Positions 16,937-27,158 of a DNA stretch of 61,633 nucleotides are shown piece by piece. The position numbers were made by a program, and so were the translations under genes. The stretch's first letter is position 1, and the number at the start of each line of letters is the position of its first letter. This DNA comes from Gammaproteobacteria bacterium (GTDB lineage: Bacteria > Pseudomonadota > Gammaproteobacteria > S012-40): positions 1 to 61,633 of the forward strand of contig JAOUJM010000002.1 in NCBI GenBank assembly GCA_029883265.1, in the 5' to 3' direction. Under the pieces are notes generated by a model that worked only from the letters and a program-made list of their open reading frames with translations, did not search any database and was not told the DNA's origin.

Positions 16937-19900
16937 GTGGGAACCGAGATGCAAAGGATGCATCAAGATTTCGCTTTTCTCAAGTGCATAAAATTTGTCG
17001 GATTATTCTGGCTTGGCCTGCTTTTGCTTGGCTGTGAGCCCTTACCGCCGATTCAAACCATTAGCCAAACTGCTAAACCGCAAGTTTTGTTGCCAAATTC
17101 GACAACAAACACCTTCGTGCGACCACGTGCCTTGAGCCAGATAAATGAAAATGCGGTTCAAGCCGTGCAGATCAATCCTGATTTGGTTAATTTGCCACTA
17201 CAAGACATTGTTGCATTACAATTACCCGATGGTCGTCAGTTTGATATCCAGTTTAACAATCGTATTGTGCATGCCAATGGTGATGTAACTTTGCAAGGCG
17301 TTTTAAGCGCTTATGGTCCACCTTATTTTGTGCAGTTCACGTTTGGTGTTGATAGTCGATGGGGGCGAGTATTAACTCCGACCGGATCTTTATTTTTACA
17401 GGAGACCGTGCAAGGGGGCTGGTTAATTGATGAGCAATTGGCACAGTTTGTTTCGGCAGCCAATGTTAATGACGCTTTACAATTGCCAGGGCAAGACAAT
17501 AGCAATAGCTCTAATGTTTCTATTTCTGCCACACCTTTGAGCATTACTCCTCGTGGCACCCACGTAACCGTGATTGATGTTTTGGTTTTGCATGGTAGTG
17601 ATTTGGTACAAAAATATCCGCAACAAACGCTGCAAACCCGAGTAAACGATTTATTCGCCTCAGCTAACGCTGCGTTTGCCAATAGTTTAATTGGTATTGA
17701 AGTGCGACCAGTATTTGTGGCGCAATTAAATGTTGATAGTACACTGGATAATGCTGCCATCCTTAGCGCAATGACTAATGGCCAGGGTGGGTTTGCGACT
17801 GTTTCAACGCTGCGTCAAATACATGGTGCCGATTTAGTCACTTTTATTCGACCGTTTAATGTTCAAACCAATGGGAACTGCGGTGTTTCTTGGTTAAACG
17901 GTGATAGTGGAACTGAATTACGTGCGACCAGTGGTTTTTCGGTCGTATCTGAAGGCGCCGATGGTCAAAATCTTTGTCATGAATTTACCTTGGCTCATGA
18001 GTTGGGTCATGGCATGGGCAGCGCCCATGAAACGGCTAACGCAACAAGCCAAGGCGTGTTTCCGTATTCCTATGGACATGGCGTACCCGATGTGTTCGGC
18101 ACGGTGATGAGTTATGTTGCGCCGCAGGTGGGATTGTTTTCCAATCCAAATGTCAATACTTGTGCGGCACGTAGCTGCGGTCTTGCCAATCAAGCGGACA
18201 ATAGTCTTTCGTTAAATAATGTGCGCGATACCATAGCTGCGTTTTATGCAACCGCAAACGCTGTGCCTAGTGCGCCCATTGCTCAGACCGATCCAGCAAC
18301 TGAGATTAATACCAATAGTGCAACCTTGAACGCCAGCATCGAACCGCAAGGCCAGGATACGACGGTTTATTACGACTACGGCTCAACTATTCAATATGGT
18401 AGCCAAAGCACTCGTTTTACTGTGCCGGGTAATACCACTCAAGTCACTGTTCCACTTACAATCAACGGCTTGGCTTGTGGTCAAAGTTATCACTTCCGCG
18501 TGGTCGCACAGAACTCGCAAGGTGAAACGCTCGGAGCTAATCAAAGTTTTAGTACCGCTATTTGCACCCGTGCTTTACCGGAAATATCAAATACGCTTGC
18601 CAGCAGTGTGACGGTTGATAGTGCACGTTTAACTGCGGATATTAATAGCAATAGTAATGACTTGAGTTATCACTTTGAGTACGGCACCAGCGCTCAATAC
18701 GGACAAGTCACCATAAGTCAAAGTCTAGCAGCGACTTCCGCGTTGCAACCTGTGTTTGCCGATATCGCTGGGTTGAAATGCAATACGAATTATCAATTTC
18801 GACTGGTTGTGGATAGTGCGGGCACAACCATTAATGGCGTTAACAGTGCTTTCACTACGCAGGCCTGTGCATTGACTGCGCCTACCGTCATGACCGACAG
18901 CGCGAGTAATATCACACAAACTAGTGCACGTTTGAATGGTCAAGTAAATCCCAATGGCTTAACGGCAATCGTGGTTTATGAATATGGGATAGATGCTGCA
19001 CAGCTGGATAATAAGAGTGGTAACTTTGTTGTCGGTGGTGTAACTACGTCAACACCTGCGAATTATTCGGTGAGAGGCCTAACTTGCGCAACGACTTATT
19101 ATTATCGCATTACTGCATCGACCGATGCTGGCAACGCCAGTGGTGATGTTCTGAATTTTACCACGGCTGCTTGTGCCACTGCGCCTATCATTGATAGTGT
19201 GGAACTATCCATTGCCACATCGAATAGTTTAAGTATTCTTGTTGGGGTTGATGCGCGAGGTGAAGCGAGTGAAGTATTTCTCGATTATGGTGTGGATTCG
19301 ACTTTTGGTTTACAAACGTCACTGCAAACCATTAGCGGTGGCAACACTCAAGTACAAATATTGCAATTTGATATTAATACGCTGAATTGCGATCAGTTGT
19401 ATCAAGTGCGGGTGAATATTAAAAACAGTTCATCTAATGTGCAGTCAGCGACATATGGATTTTCGACACTAGCTTGTAATAATGCCACATTGCCAACGGT
19501 CGATGCCGTGAGCGTTGGTTTGATTCCACCTGATAATATTGAAGTGAGCGCCAGAGTGCAAACCAATGGTGATGCGGTTGCTGTGTGGGTGGAATACGGA
19601 ATTGATCTCACTTATGGGCAAAAGAGTTTAACGCATAATTTGGTAGACGCAGTTGATGTGCAACAAGTATTGATTCCCATTAGTAATTTGCAATGTGGGC
19701 AAAGTATTCATTTGCGTTTAGTTGTAAGTACTGCGAGTGCTCAAGTGCAAAGCCCAGATCAATTGGTGCCTGGCATGACCTGCGCCGGGCAAATACTGAT
19801 TCAGACCAGTGCAGTAGTCAATCCTGGTTTTACCGCAGCAAGTTTGCCAGCAAAAGTAACTGCCCCTAGCCAAGATTTACAAGTCTATTTTGAATACGGT

Positions 19901-22555
19901 GTGGATACGACCTACGGTTTACAAACGCCACCAGTTGCCGTTAAAGCATCATCGAGTTTAGTTAATGTAGTTGAATACGTAACAAGTTTTAATTGTGGTA
20001 CAACTTATCAATTTAGAGCAGTGGCGCAATCGGGCAATATTAAACAGCTTGCCGGAAATAGCAGTTTTCAAACGAAAGCTTGTACCCGCGCCGTGCAAAA
20101 TGCGCCGCAACTTGTCACCGAGCGTTCCGGCAGTATTACCGCCACTAGTGCCAGGCTCTATGCAACGGTTGATCCTGCAGGTTTATTGTCTCACGCGTTT
20201 TTCGAATACGGTTTGACGTCAGCTAAAAAATTAAAAACGCCACAACAAAATATTGGCGATGCCACCTTGCCGCGTCAAGTGCAATGGTTTATTGGTGACC
20301 TCCAGTGTGGCTCAACGTATCATTTTCGTGTAGGCGTGCATCGTGAAGATGGCAGTATCGATGGCATAGCCCAATTTGGTGATGACCTCACCTTTGAAAC
20401 CTTGGATTGTCCTTTAAAAATTAACTCAACACGTTTGAGTTGGTCGGATAATACCAGTGCGACATTTTCAGTGTCTTTAGACACCGGTGGAATCGACACT
20501 GAAGTGTATATGGAATATTGGCAACAAGCCACCGATGTGAAAATCACGGCAAGCCGTATGGTGAATACGAGTACCACATTCTTTCTAATTAACGGACTTG
20601 AATGTGCAACAGATTATCGAGTTAAAACGATTGCTGAAAATTTCAGTGGAAGAATTGAATCGGCGCCATCGGTTTTCACTACTGCCGCGTGTGATGCAGC
20701 ACCTGTGGCGCAAACCATTCTTGCCACCGAAGTGACTGAAAGTAGCGCCAAACTGAATGCCTTAGTCTTGCCCAATACCCACCATACCAGTGTTTATTTC
20801 GAATATGGACAAAGCGAAAACTATGGCAATGTGACTGCGACTAGTACTTTATTGCCGGCGTTTAGTGATAAAATGCTGACGGTTAATATTACGGATCTGT
20901 TTTGCGAGACCCAATACCATTACCGAGTGAATGCGACTAGCGTTATTGGTGAGTCGCAAGGAAATAACAAAAGTTTTTCAACTGAAGCCTGTCAATCGGG
21001 CTTGCCCGTCACTGTGAATGAAGCCAATTTATTTGCCGGATATAACACCATCGTAGCGCGACGAAAAAATGGATCACTCCTGGCTTGGGGTGATAATGCT
21101 GCTGCACAACTTGGTTTAAGTGATACTGGAAAACATTTTAATAGTCTTGTTCTCGACCAAACAGGCAAACCATTGCAGAATATTGTGCAAGTGGCCGTTG
21201 GTGATAATTTTGTTTTGGCTCTCGATTCACAGGGACAAGTGTGGGCATGGGGTGATAACAGTTTTGGCCAATTAGGTGATACCACATTGCGTAGTCGTAA
21301 TTTCGCCGGTTTGGTGCAAGATCGTTCAGGTGCAGATATGCAAGATATTATTGCTATCGCTGCGGGACAACAGCATGGCCTTGCCTTAAATGCGAATGGC
21401 AATGTGTGGGCTTGGGGGCATAACGATCAAGGACAATTAGGCAGTGATGTTCGTCAAGCGAGTGCAACACCGACAATGATATTAAGCGTGAGCAATGCAC
21501 GGCAAATAAGTGCAGGTAATAAACATAACGTGGCATTATTGCAATCGGGGCAGGTTATCGCGTGGGGCGACAATAGTTTTGGTCAGTTAGGCAATGGCAC
21601 TAACGAATCATCGTCACAGGCAGTAGTTGTTGAAAGTATTGCTAATGTGCGTCGTGTGGTTGCAGGCGCCAATCAAAGTTTTGTTATTCATGAAGACAGT
21701 CGACTTAGCGCTTGGGGCGCAAATAACAAAGGTCAGCTAGGCTTAGGTACGCAACAAGATCAGGCTGTGCCAGTACGTTTGGGCTGGATGCCACCCAGCA
21801 CGATTGATCAGTTAGTGCTTGGTCAGCAACACACTATCGCGCTTTTACGCAATAAAAGAATTTGGGTTTGGGGTGATAATTTTAACGGGCAAATCGCATT
21901 ACAATCGGCATCTTTAACCAGTTTGCCCAGCGAAATTAATCACGCAAGTTTAACTGCTGAGGATAATGCTGTCACAATAATTGCTGCGACGAATAAAGCA
22001 TCTATTGCATTGACTCAATCCGGTGGTGTGTTGGCTTGGGGTGATAATTCAAGCCAACAGCTGGGTTTTAATCAAAGTGAACAAAGTGTTCTGCCTGTAG
22101 ATGTATTAGATCAGGTGAGTCAACCTTTGTCATTGACTGCGCAACAACTACTGATTGATACGAACAAACTCACCGTGAAGGAAGGCGGAGAAGCAAGTCT
22201 AAGTGTGAAATTGCCAGCACCGCCAAATATGCCAATTCGAATTGAAGTAAGCTTGCAGAATAATAATGAAACGCTAGCGATGAAATCGCCAAACATTCTC
22301 GAATTTGATGCCAGTAATTGGGATCAAGCTCAGTTTGTAACTATTGAAGCGGAGCGTGATACTGATCGAACAAGTGGTCAGGCTGACTTATTGATTAGTG
22401 CGCCTGGTTATAACACCACGCAAGTCGAAATAGTTGAACAAGATCAACCACCCCCGCTGAGCAAATCCACGGGTGCGAGCCATCCACTTTTTTTGATTCT
22501 CTTGCTTTGTCTAATCAGCATGGGCAGAATATTCCTTAGTCGAAGAAAAATCTGA
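16937..22555 (+). CDS. Giant multidomain surface lipoprotein: reprolysin-like zinc metalloprotease + 9 FN3/Ig-like modules + RCC1 propeller + C-terminal beta-sandwich + TM/basic tail
   Basis: 1872 aa. Lipobox-like LLLLGC at residues 29-33. [11 protein letters not shown] (HExxHxxGxxH) at 17996-18028. Nine ~100-aa modules are followed by [10 protein letters not shown]-type RCC1 blades. The tail is [29 protein letters not shown]. The start could instead be ATG 16949 or 16958. Confidence 0.85.
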   Translation: MGTEMQRMHQDFAFLKCIKFVGLFWLGLLLLGCEPLPPIQTISQTAKPQVLLPNSTTNTFVRPRALSQINENAVQAVQINPDLVNLPLQDIVALQLPDGRQFDIQFNNRIVHANGDVTLQGVLSAYGPPYFVQFTFGVDSRWGRVLTPTGSLFLQETVQGGWLIDEQLAQFVSAANVNDALQLPGQDNSNSSNVSISATPLSITPRGTHVTVIDVLVLHGSDLVQKYPQQTLQTRVNDLFASANAAFANSLIGIEVRPVFVAQLNVDSTLDNAAILSAMTNGQGGFATVSTLRQIHGADLVTFIRPFNVQTNGNCGVSWLNGDSGTELRATSGFSVVSEGADGQNLCHEFTLAHELGHGMGSAHETANATSQGVFPYSYGHGVPDVFGTVMSYVAPQVGLFSNPNVNTCAARSCGLANQADNSLSLNNVRDTIAAFYATANAVPSAPIAQTDPATEINTNSATLNASIEPQGQDTTVYYDYGSTIQYGSQSTRFTVPGNTTQVTVPLTINGLACGQSYHFRVVAQNSQGETLGANQSFSTAICTRALPEISNTLASSVTVDSARLTADINSNSNDLSYHFEYGTSAQYGQVTISQSLAATSALQPVFADIAGLKCNTNYQFRLVVDSAGTTINGVNSAFTTQACALTAPTVMTDSASNITQTSARLNGQVNPNGLTAIVVYEYGIDAAQLDNKSGNFVVGGVTTSTPANYSVRGLTCATTYYYRITASTDAGNASGDVLNFTTAACATAPIIDSVELSIATSNSLSILVGVDARGEASEVFLDYGVDSTFGLQTSLQTISGGNTQVQILQFDINTLNCDQLYQVRVNIKNSSSNVQSATYGFSTLACNNATLPTVDAVSVGLIPPDNIEVSARVQTNGDAVAVWVEYGIDLTYGQKSLTHNLVDAVDVQQVLIPISNLQCGQSIHLRLVVSTASAQVQSPDQLVPGMTCAGQILIQTSAVVNPGFTAASLPAKVTAPSQDLQVYFEYGVDTTYGLQTPPVAVKASSSLVNVVEYVTSFNCGTTYQFRAVAQSGNIKQLAGNSSFQTKACTRAVQNAPQLVTERSGSITATSARLYATVDPAGLLSHAFFEYGLTSAKKLKTPQQNIGDATLPRQVQWFIGDLQCGSTYHFRVGVHREDGSIDGIAQFGDDLTFETLDCPLKINSTRLSWSDNTSATFSVSLDTGGIDTEVYMEYWQQATDVKITASRMVNTSTTFFLINGLECATDYRVKTIAENFSGRIESAPSVFTTAACDAAPVAQTILATEVTESSAKLNALVLPNTHHTSVYFEYGQSENYGNVTATSTLLPAFSDKMLTVNITDLFCETQYHYRVNATSVIGESQGNNKSFSTEACQSGLPVTVNEANLFAGYNTIVARRKNGSLLAWGDNAAAQLGLSDTGKHFNSLVLDQTGKPLQNIVQVAVGDNFVLALDSQGQVWAWGDNSFGQLGDTTLRSRNFAGLVQDRSGADMQDIIAIAAGQQHGLALNANGNVWAWGHNDQGQLGSDVRQASATPTMILSVSNARQISAGNKHNVALLQSGQVIAWGDNSFGQLGNGTNESSSQAVVVESIANVRRVVAGANQSFVIHEDSRLSAWGANNKGQLGLGTQQDQAVPVRLGWMPPSTIDQLVLGQQHTIALLRNKRIWVWGDNFNGQIALQSASLTSLPSEINHASLTAEDNAVTIIAATNKASIALTQSGGVLAWGDNSSQQLGFNQSEQSVLPVDVLDQVSQPLSLTAQQLLIDTNKLTVKEGGEASLSVKLPAPPNMPIRIEVSLQNNNETLAMKSPNILEFDASNWDQAQFVTIEAERDTDRTSGQADLLISAPGYNTTQVEIVEQDQPPPLSKSTGASHPLFLILLLCLISMGRIFLSRRKI
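18269..20992 (+). repeat. Nine tandem ~94-109-aa protein modules (FN3/Ig-like) inside the giant gene
   Basis: Module ends are marked by Cys 543, 644, 746, 847, 949, 1049, 1158, 1252 and 1352. Each module has a (F/Y)-x-YG...YG core and an L-x-C...Y-x-(F/Y)-R...F-x-T-x-x-C pattern. The modules are diverged at the DNA level. Confidence 0.8.
21029..22111 (+). repeat. RCC1-type beta-propeller repeats (about 7 blades)
   Basis: Recurrent motifs are [20 protein letters not shown] (twice), [30 protein letters not shown] and [10 protein letters not shown], spaced about 50 aa apart. Confidence 0.85.
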
Positions 22556-22565
22556 GGAGTTTTGC

Positions 22566-23759
22566 ATGAGCATTGGTACCCCGCTGTCCGGCACCGCGAC
22601 CCGGGTGATGTTGTTAGGCGCTGGAGAACTTGGAAAAGAAGTCATTATTGCTTTTCAACGCTTGGGTGTGGAAGTAATTGCTGTAGATCGTTATGATCAC
22701 GCTCCCGGCCATCAGGTGGCGCACCGCAGCCACACCATTAACATGACCGACGCAGATGCATTATGGAATGTAGTGCGAGAAGAACGTCCTCATATAATTA
22801 TTCCCGAAATTGAAGCGATTGCTACGCATGTATTAGCGGATATTGAAGCTGAGTCTATGGCGACAGTTATTCCAACGGCGCGCGCAACCCAGTTGACCAT
22901 GAATCGTGAAGGTATTCGCCGTCTAGCCGCAGAAACGCTTGGTTTACCAACATCGCCATATGTATTTGCTGAAAATTTTGACGAGCTACAACAAGCAGCA
23001 GCTTCGGTAGGGTTTCCATGTTTGGTAAAACCCGTAATGTCTTCTTCTGGTAAAGGCCAATCGTTTATTACCCATGAAGGACAGTTGCAAGCGGCGTGGG
23101 ATACAGCTTTGGCCAGTGGTCGGGTTAACCATGGCCGGGTCATTGTCGAAGGATTTATTGATTTTGATTATGAAATTACCTTGCTCACCGTGCGAGCGCG
23201 AAATGCAGAAGGAGAAATCCAGACCTATTTCTGCGAATCCATTGGCCATATACAGCAACAAGGTGATTATGTGGAAAGTTGGCAACCACAACCCATGTCT
23301 GACGTGGCATTAAGTAAAGCTCAGCACATTGCTAAGTGTATTACCGATGATTTAGGAGGCTTGGGCTTATTTGGTGTTGAATTATTTATAAAAGAAAATG
23401 AAGTATGGTTTAGTGAAGTGAGTCCACGCCCGCATGATACCGGTATGGTGACCATGGCATCTCAGCGTTTTAGTGAATTTGAACTACATGCCAGAGCGAT
23501 TCTGGGTTTACCGGTTGATACACGTCTGGAAAAACCTGCGGCAAGCGCGGTTATTTATGGTGGCCTTGATGCGAGTGCGCTTATTTATGACGGTATTGAG
23601 CAGGCATTAGCGGTTCCAGAGTCTGATCTTAGGCTCTTCGGCAAACCTGAGTCATTTAAACGACGCCGCATGGGAGTCGCTTTGGCACGAGGCGAGGATA
23701 TTAATCAAGCGCGTGAACGTGCCAAAACCTGTGCTGGCCTAGTAAAACCAAGGGTTTGA
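22566..23759 (+). CDS. purT: Formate-dependent phosphoribosylglycinamide formyltransferase
   Basis: 397 aa. [33 protein letters not shown]...[10 protein letters not shown] closely matches E. coli PurT. GAGGAG RBS. It starts 10 nt after the giant gene's stop. Confidence 0.95.
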   Translation: MSIGTPLSGTATRVMLLGAGELGKEVIIAFQRLGVEVIAVDRYDHAPGHQVAHRSHTINMTDADALWNVVREERPHIIIPEIEAIATHVLADIEAESMATVIPTARATQLTMNREGIRRLAAETLGLPTSPYVFAENFDELQQAAASVGFPCLVKPVMSSSGKGQSFITHEGQLQAAWDTALASGRVNHGRVIVEGFIDFDYEITLLTVRARNAEGEIQTYFCESIGHIQQQGDYVESWQPQPMSDVALSKAQHIAKCITDDLGGLGLFGVELFIKENEVWFSEVSPRPHDTGMVTMASQRFSEFELHARAILGLPVDTRLEKPAASAVIYGGLDASALIYDGIEQALAVPESDLRLFGKPESFKRRRMGVALARGEDINQARERAKTCAGLVKPRV

Positions 23760-23812
23760 TTTAAATATGAGGGCTTGATTAATAATTCAGCTGCTTTGAA
23801 ATTAAGGCGCTG

Positions 23813-23926
23813 CTATCCGCGAGCGCCTTCCTTACTATAGATTTTGATCACGAGGGATGTGGCCAATACGATTCCCACAATGGAAACTAATACCACTACC
23901 GTGAACAGAATATCTGGAAAACTCAT
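23813..23926 (-). CDS. Candidate 37-aa small membrane protein (below the ORF-track length cutoff)
   Basis: ATG preceded by GGAG (ggagtaaatcacgATG). The product is MSFPDILFTVVVLVSIVGIVLATSLVIKIYSKEGARG, one TM helix with a basic tail. A hairpin, AAGGCGCT-N10-AGCGCCTT (23803-23828), overlaps its stop. Confidence 0.35.
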   Translation of the reverse strand: MSFPDILFTVVVLVSIVGIVLATSLVIKIYSKEGARG

Positions 23927-23960
23927 CGTGATTTACTCCAATAAATAGAACGAGTTTATA

Positions 23961-24040
23961 TTGCCCTAAATTCATCTTAGCATCAAGTCACGATGCTGCA
24001 CAAAGGCCGGTAACCCAATCACAGACGAATTTTAGGGCAA
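23961..24040. repeat. Long-range inverted repeat in the divergent intergenic region upstream of the HDOD gene
   Basis: TTGCCCTAAATTC (23961-23973) pairs with GAATTTTAGGGCAA (24027-24040), 13 bp with one bulge. It encloses a second hairpin, AGCATC-N7-GATGCT. Confidence 0.4.
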
Positions 24041-24110
24041 AATCATAAGCTTAAAAACTGTACAGAAACCACAACCTATAAAGAAAAACACTAGTCGGAC
24101 GTTACACAAG

Positions 24111-25049
24111 ATGACTTCGAGCATGGACGCTTACCTTGTTAATGTAGATGTAGAGAAAAGTGGTTTTATGCTGGGTAAGCAAGTAATCCCCAAAACGCCC
24201 GAAGCCCTGGTTGAAGGTGTGGATAAATTAGTTTCGTTACCAGAAGTTTGTTTTCTGGTGAACGACTTGATTAATGATCCAAAAACCGACATCGAAGATA
24301 TCGGCCAGGTGATTTCTCAAGATCCCGATTTGACAGCACGCTTGTTAAAACTTGTTAATAGCTCATATTATGGTTTTAACCAACGAGTGGATACGGTTAC
24401 ACGCGCTATATTATTAGTGGGATTAAAAGAATTACAGCACATGGTTTGGGCGAGTAAGGCGGTGGAAAGTTTCACTGATATTTCACCCAGCGATGCCAAC
24501 ATGGCCAGCTTCTGGCGGCATAGTATTTTTACTGCAGTTGTGGCACGAATTCTCGCACGGGACCGAAATGTATTACATCCAGAGCGATTATTTGTCGCAG
24601 GTTTGTTGCATGATGTGGGACGGCTTTTGATATTTCACCGTTTACCCGAACAAGCTGCGCAAATTATCAGTAGCATCAAAGAACGTTCTGAATATGAAGC
24701 CTGTGAGATAGAACAAGAAGTATTGGGTTATGATCATACACAAATTGCTCATGCTTTGCTTACACAGTGGCAGTTACCACCCTCATTAGTTGAGGCCATC
24801 CAATATCATCATAATCCAGCCGCTGCTGACCAGGCTATTTTAGAAGCGAGTATATTACATGTTGCTAACATTATGGCGCATGCATTGGAAATTGGCGATG
24901 AAGATAAGCTTGAGCATACCTGTATGGGGGAAGCGTGGACCTTATTAGAATTAACCAATACACGCATCAAACCTATACTGCATGAAGCTGTGATGCAATT
25001 CCTAGAGGCGCTGGAGTTGTTGTTACCGGGAGCGAGTCAAAAATTGTAA
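24111..25049 (+). CDS. HDOD domain signalling protein
   Basis: 312 aa. LVSLPEVCFLVNDLINDPKTDIEDIGQVISQDPDLTARLLKLVNSSYYGF followed by GLLHDVGRL is the HDOD pattern. Confidence 0.85.
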   Translation: MTSSMDAYLVNVDVEKSGFMLGKQVIPKTPEALVEGVDKLVSLPEVCFLVNDLINDPKTDIEDIGQVISQDPDLTARLLKLVNSSYYGFNQRVDTVTRAILLVGLKELQHMVWASKAVESFTDISPSDANMASFWRHSIFTAVVARILARDRNVLHPERLFVAGLLHDVGRLLIFHRLPEQAAQIISSIKERSEYEACEIEQEVLGYDHTQIAHALLTQWQLPPSLVEAIQYHHNPAAADQAILEASILHVANIMAHALEIGDEDKLEHTCMGEAWTLLELTNTRIKPILHEAVMQFLEALELLLPGASQKL

Positions 25050-25061
25050 AGGGATGACTCC

Positions 25062-25706
25062 ATGAAAAAAATTGTTACGGATTTATTTTCAGAAACAGAC
25101 AGCAAAACGATTCAGTCGCACACAAATTTAGCCTATGCGAATTCAAACGCAACTAATAGTGCACAGCTCAATATTGAAGCAGAAATAGCTTCGCCTACTA
25201 CTTCGTCGGGTATGAAAACCACAGCTCGTGTGGCCCATGCGTTTATTCAATTTAGTATCGACGATGGCGAAGCCTCTGCTCGGGATGTCTCTGAGCATAT
25301 TGCAAAAATGCAAAAATGCTTGCTTACCGCGAAAAATGAAATGGACAAATTAACCCGAGTAGGTGCAGCTTTAAAAAGTTCGGAAATAATTCGTAAATCT
25401 ATTGTTCAATCCTTAGAGCATATGTCAAATGCGATTGTTGGCCTACAATTTTTTGATCGTGTTTCTCAGCGACTCAGTCACGCAATGCATTGCATGGAAA
25501 GCTTACACTCAGATTTAAAAAATGTTGATGATGTCGAAGCTGTGCAGCATCATCGTTTAATGAACCTTTATAAGGAATTGAGTATGGAAGATGAACGACG
25601 CTTGTTTGAATCCATACAGCAAGGTAGTAGCTTGAAACAAGCGCTCAAGAACGCAAATAAAGAATTGCAGGCTTTAATGTCTAATTCAAAAATTGAATTA
25701 TTCTAA
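25062..25706 (+). CDS. Uncharacterised protein, paralog 1 (CheZ-like F-x-D-x-x-x-Q motif, C-terminal KIELF)
   Basis: 214 aa. It shares blocks with the next gene: AR-x-AHAF-x-Q-x-S-x-x-DG, LQFFDRVSQRLSHAM, L-x-M-x-DER-x-x-F-x-x-I-x-x-GS-x-x-x-QAL and the ...IELF end. Confidence 0.7.
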   Translation: MKKIVTDLFSETDSKTIQSHTNLAYANSNATNSAQLNIEAEIASPTTSSGMKTTARVAHAFIQFSIDDGEASARDVSEHIAKMQKCLLTAKNEMDKLTRVGAALKSSEIIRKSIVQSLEHMSNAIVGLQFFDRVSQRLSHAMHCMESLHSDLKNVDDVEAVQHHRLMNLYKELSMEDERRLFESIQQGSSLKQALKNANKELQALMSNSKIELF

Positions 25707-25759
25707 AGACCACTTAAACAAAATACAGCAAAATAAAATGGGTAAAAGTTTACACTTAT

Positions 25760-26368
25760 ATGGTTAAGACTGTTCAAGCCCTGGTCGATAGAATAGGGGT
25801 TGTGAGGTATAGAGATGTGAATAAGCCGATGAATAATACAGCAGAAAATTATTATAAAGATTCAATCCCTGATTTACCCAAGCCTAATAATACCGAATTA
25901 GCCACGCGACTAGCGCATGCATTTTTGCAGTTGTCGGTAGCTGATGGTGACCAGGCTGCCACAAAGTTAACCACATGCTTAACGCAGTCGCAGGAAATTT
26001 CACAACATCTCGCACAAAAATTGGATGCATATGATCCTCAAGTTCGTCAGGAATTATCTCATATTGTCAATTCCTTAAATGAAGAGCTGGCAAATGGTTT
26101 TATTGTGATGCAATTTTATGATCGTATTGCCCAGCGAATTGATCACGCTGTTCGTTGCATCAAGATGTTGCAAAGTGTGCATCTGGAGTCCAATTTAGAT
26201 GAAGCAGTGGATATGAATTTAATACAAAATATGCTGACTATGGACGACGAACGAGAGATATTTTCTGCAATTAAATCAGGCAGTACGGTAACCCAAGCGC
26301 TAGTGCGGGCAAGTCATGTTTTAAATGACACAATTAGTGGTAAGGACTCAGATATCGAACTTTTTTAG
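25760..26368 (+). CDS. Uncharacterised protein, paralog 2 (CheZ-like F-x-D-x-x-x-Q motif, C-terminal DIELF)
   Basis: It shares the same blocks (ATRLAHAFLQLSVADGD, MQFYDRIAQRIDHAV, LTMDDEREIFSAIKSGSTVTQAL, DIELF). The start is uncertain: ATG 25760, GTG 25817 (GAGG upstream) or ATG 25829. Confidence 0.7.
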   Translation: MVKTVQALVDRIGVVRYRDVNKPMNNTAENYYKDSIPDLPKPNNTELATRLAHAFLQLSVADGDQAATKLTTCLTQSQEISQHLAQKLDAYDPQVRQELSHIVNSLNEELANGFIVMQFYDRIAQRIDHAVRCIKMLQSVHLESNLDEAVDMNLIQNMLTMDDEREIFSAIKSGSTVTQALVRASHVLNDTISGKDSDIELF

Positions 26369-26446
26369 GCATTTATGCCTTGAAAACGCACTCATTGCCA
26401 TTTATTTCAATCTCATGTAGTCTTAGGCCCCGGTAAAAAAACCTTG

Positions 26447-26534
26447 GGAGAGGTGGCCGAGCGGTCGAAGGCGCACGCCTGGAAAGTGTGTATACGGCAA
26501 CGTATCGAGGGTTCGAATCCCTCCCTCTCCGCCA
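26447..26534 (+). tRNA. tRNA-Ser (anticodon GGA), with encoded CCA
   Basis: GGAGAGGTGGCCGAGCGGTcGAAGGCgcacgCCTGGAAAgtgtg + long variable arm + GAGGGTTCGAATCCCTC + CCTCTCC-G-CCA. The acceptor stem GGAGAGG/CCTCTCC and the class II long arm fit tRNA-Ser. Confidence 0.9.
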
Positions 26535-26583
26535 AAAAAACGAAACTTTTGGCTGGCACAATTACTATAAATTAGCATCAAAA

Positions 26584-26704
26584 GGATTCGAACCCTCGAT
26601 TAATAAAAAGCTGGGTTCGACGACCGAAACAAAGTGAGGGAGAACGCCACAGGCGGCCCGAAGGGCGAGGTGTTTTTTACCGAGTAGGACCTCCCTCTCC
26701 ACCA
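26584..26704. other. Scrambled tRNA-Ser fragments: an inverted copy of the T-arm and a direct copy of the 3' end
   Basis: 26584-26600 (GGATTCGAACCCTCGAT) is the exact reverse complement of tRNA positions 26504-26520. 26690-26704 (CCTCCCTCTCCaCCA) repeats tRNA 26520-26534 (CCTCCCTCTCCgCCA) with one mismatch. Confidence 0.7.
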
Positions 26705-27158
26705 GAAATAAAATTTTTCATTAGCATAATTACAAAATTTTCGTTTGAGAATTCTAGCCATGTATAGGGTGGAAGAATTTAAAGCTCAAATTCGATTCAA
26801 GCGGCAAGCCTTTGTCAATAGTTCTCTACATGGTGAGACAGTTAATTTCGTGATGTTGATTGGGATTTCTTGGTTATCGCTTATCATTCTGCACGGGTAT
26901 TCATTGCAGTGTTGATATATGGCAGAAACTTACCTGTGAGAGCGTGTGAATATTTGGTGATTTTGACTGGAAATTTTTATTTCACAAGAAAAGTCTTATT
27001 TTTCCTCCTGTCATTTGGATTGCTATGTAGAATTTGTTAGCATGGTCGTTCTTGAACAGACTCGATTCCTTGAACTTTAACGAATGTCAAATTTATGAAT
27101 AATCCGGCTTCTATTGATTCATATGAAAAAATCTTGCGCATGATTCAAAGTTTATACC

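Noticed and set aside
17323-21536. A series of minus-strand and alternative-frame ORFs inside the giant gene: 17323..17760, 17918..18193, 18725..18943, 19402..19611, 20320..20577, 20992..21402, 21354..21536.
   Set aside because: All lie within a continuous 5.6-kb reading frame that has strong domain evidence. Their products are Cys/Arg/Ser-rich low-complexity sequences, typical of antisense frames.
26373-26561. 62-aa minus-strand ORF.
   Set aside because: It lies directly antisense to the tRNA-Ser gene and is an artefact of the GC-rich tRNA sequence.
26605-26704. Tried to fold the segment ending in CCTCCCTCTCCACCA as a second (pseudo-)tRNA or a tmRNA-like element.
   Set aside because: There is no 5' GGAGAGG partner for the acceptor stem and no T-arm adjacent to the 3' end. 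Only fragment-level identity to tRNA-Ser exists, so it is reported as fragments, not as an RNA gene.
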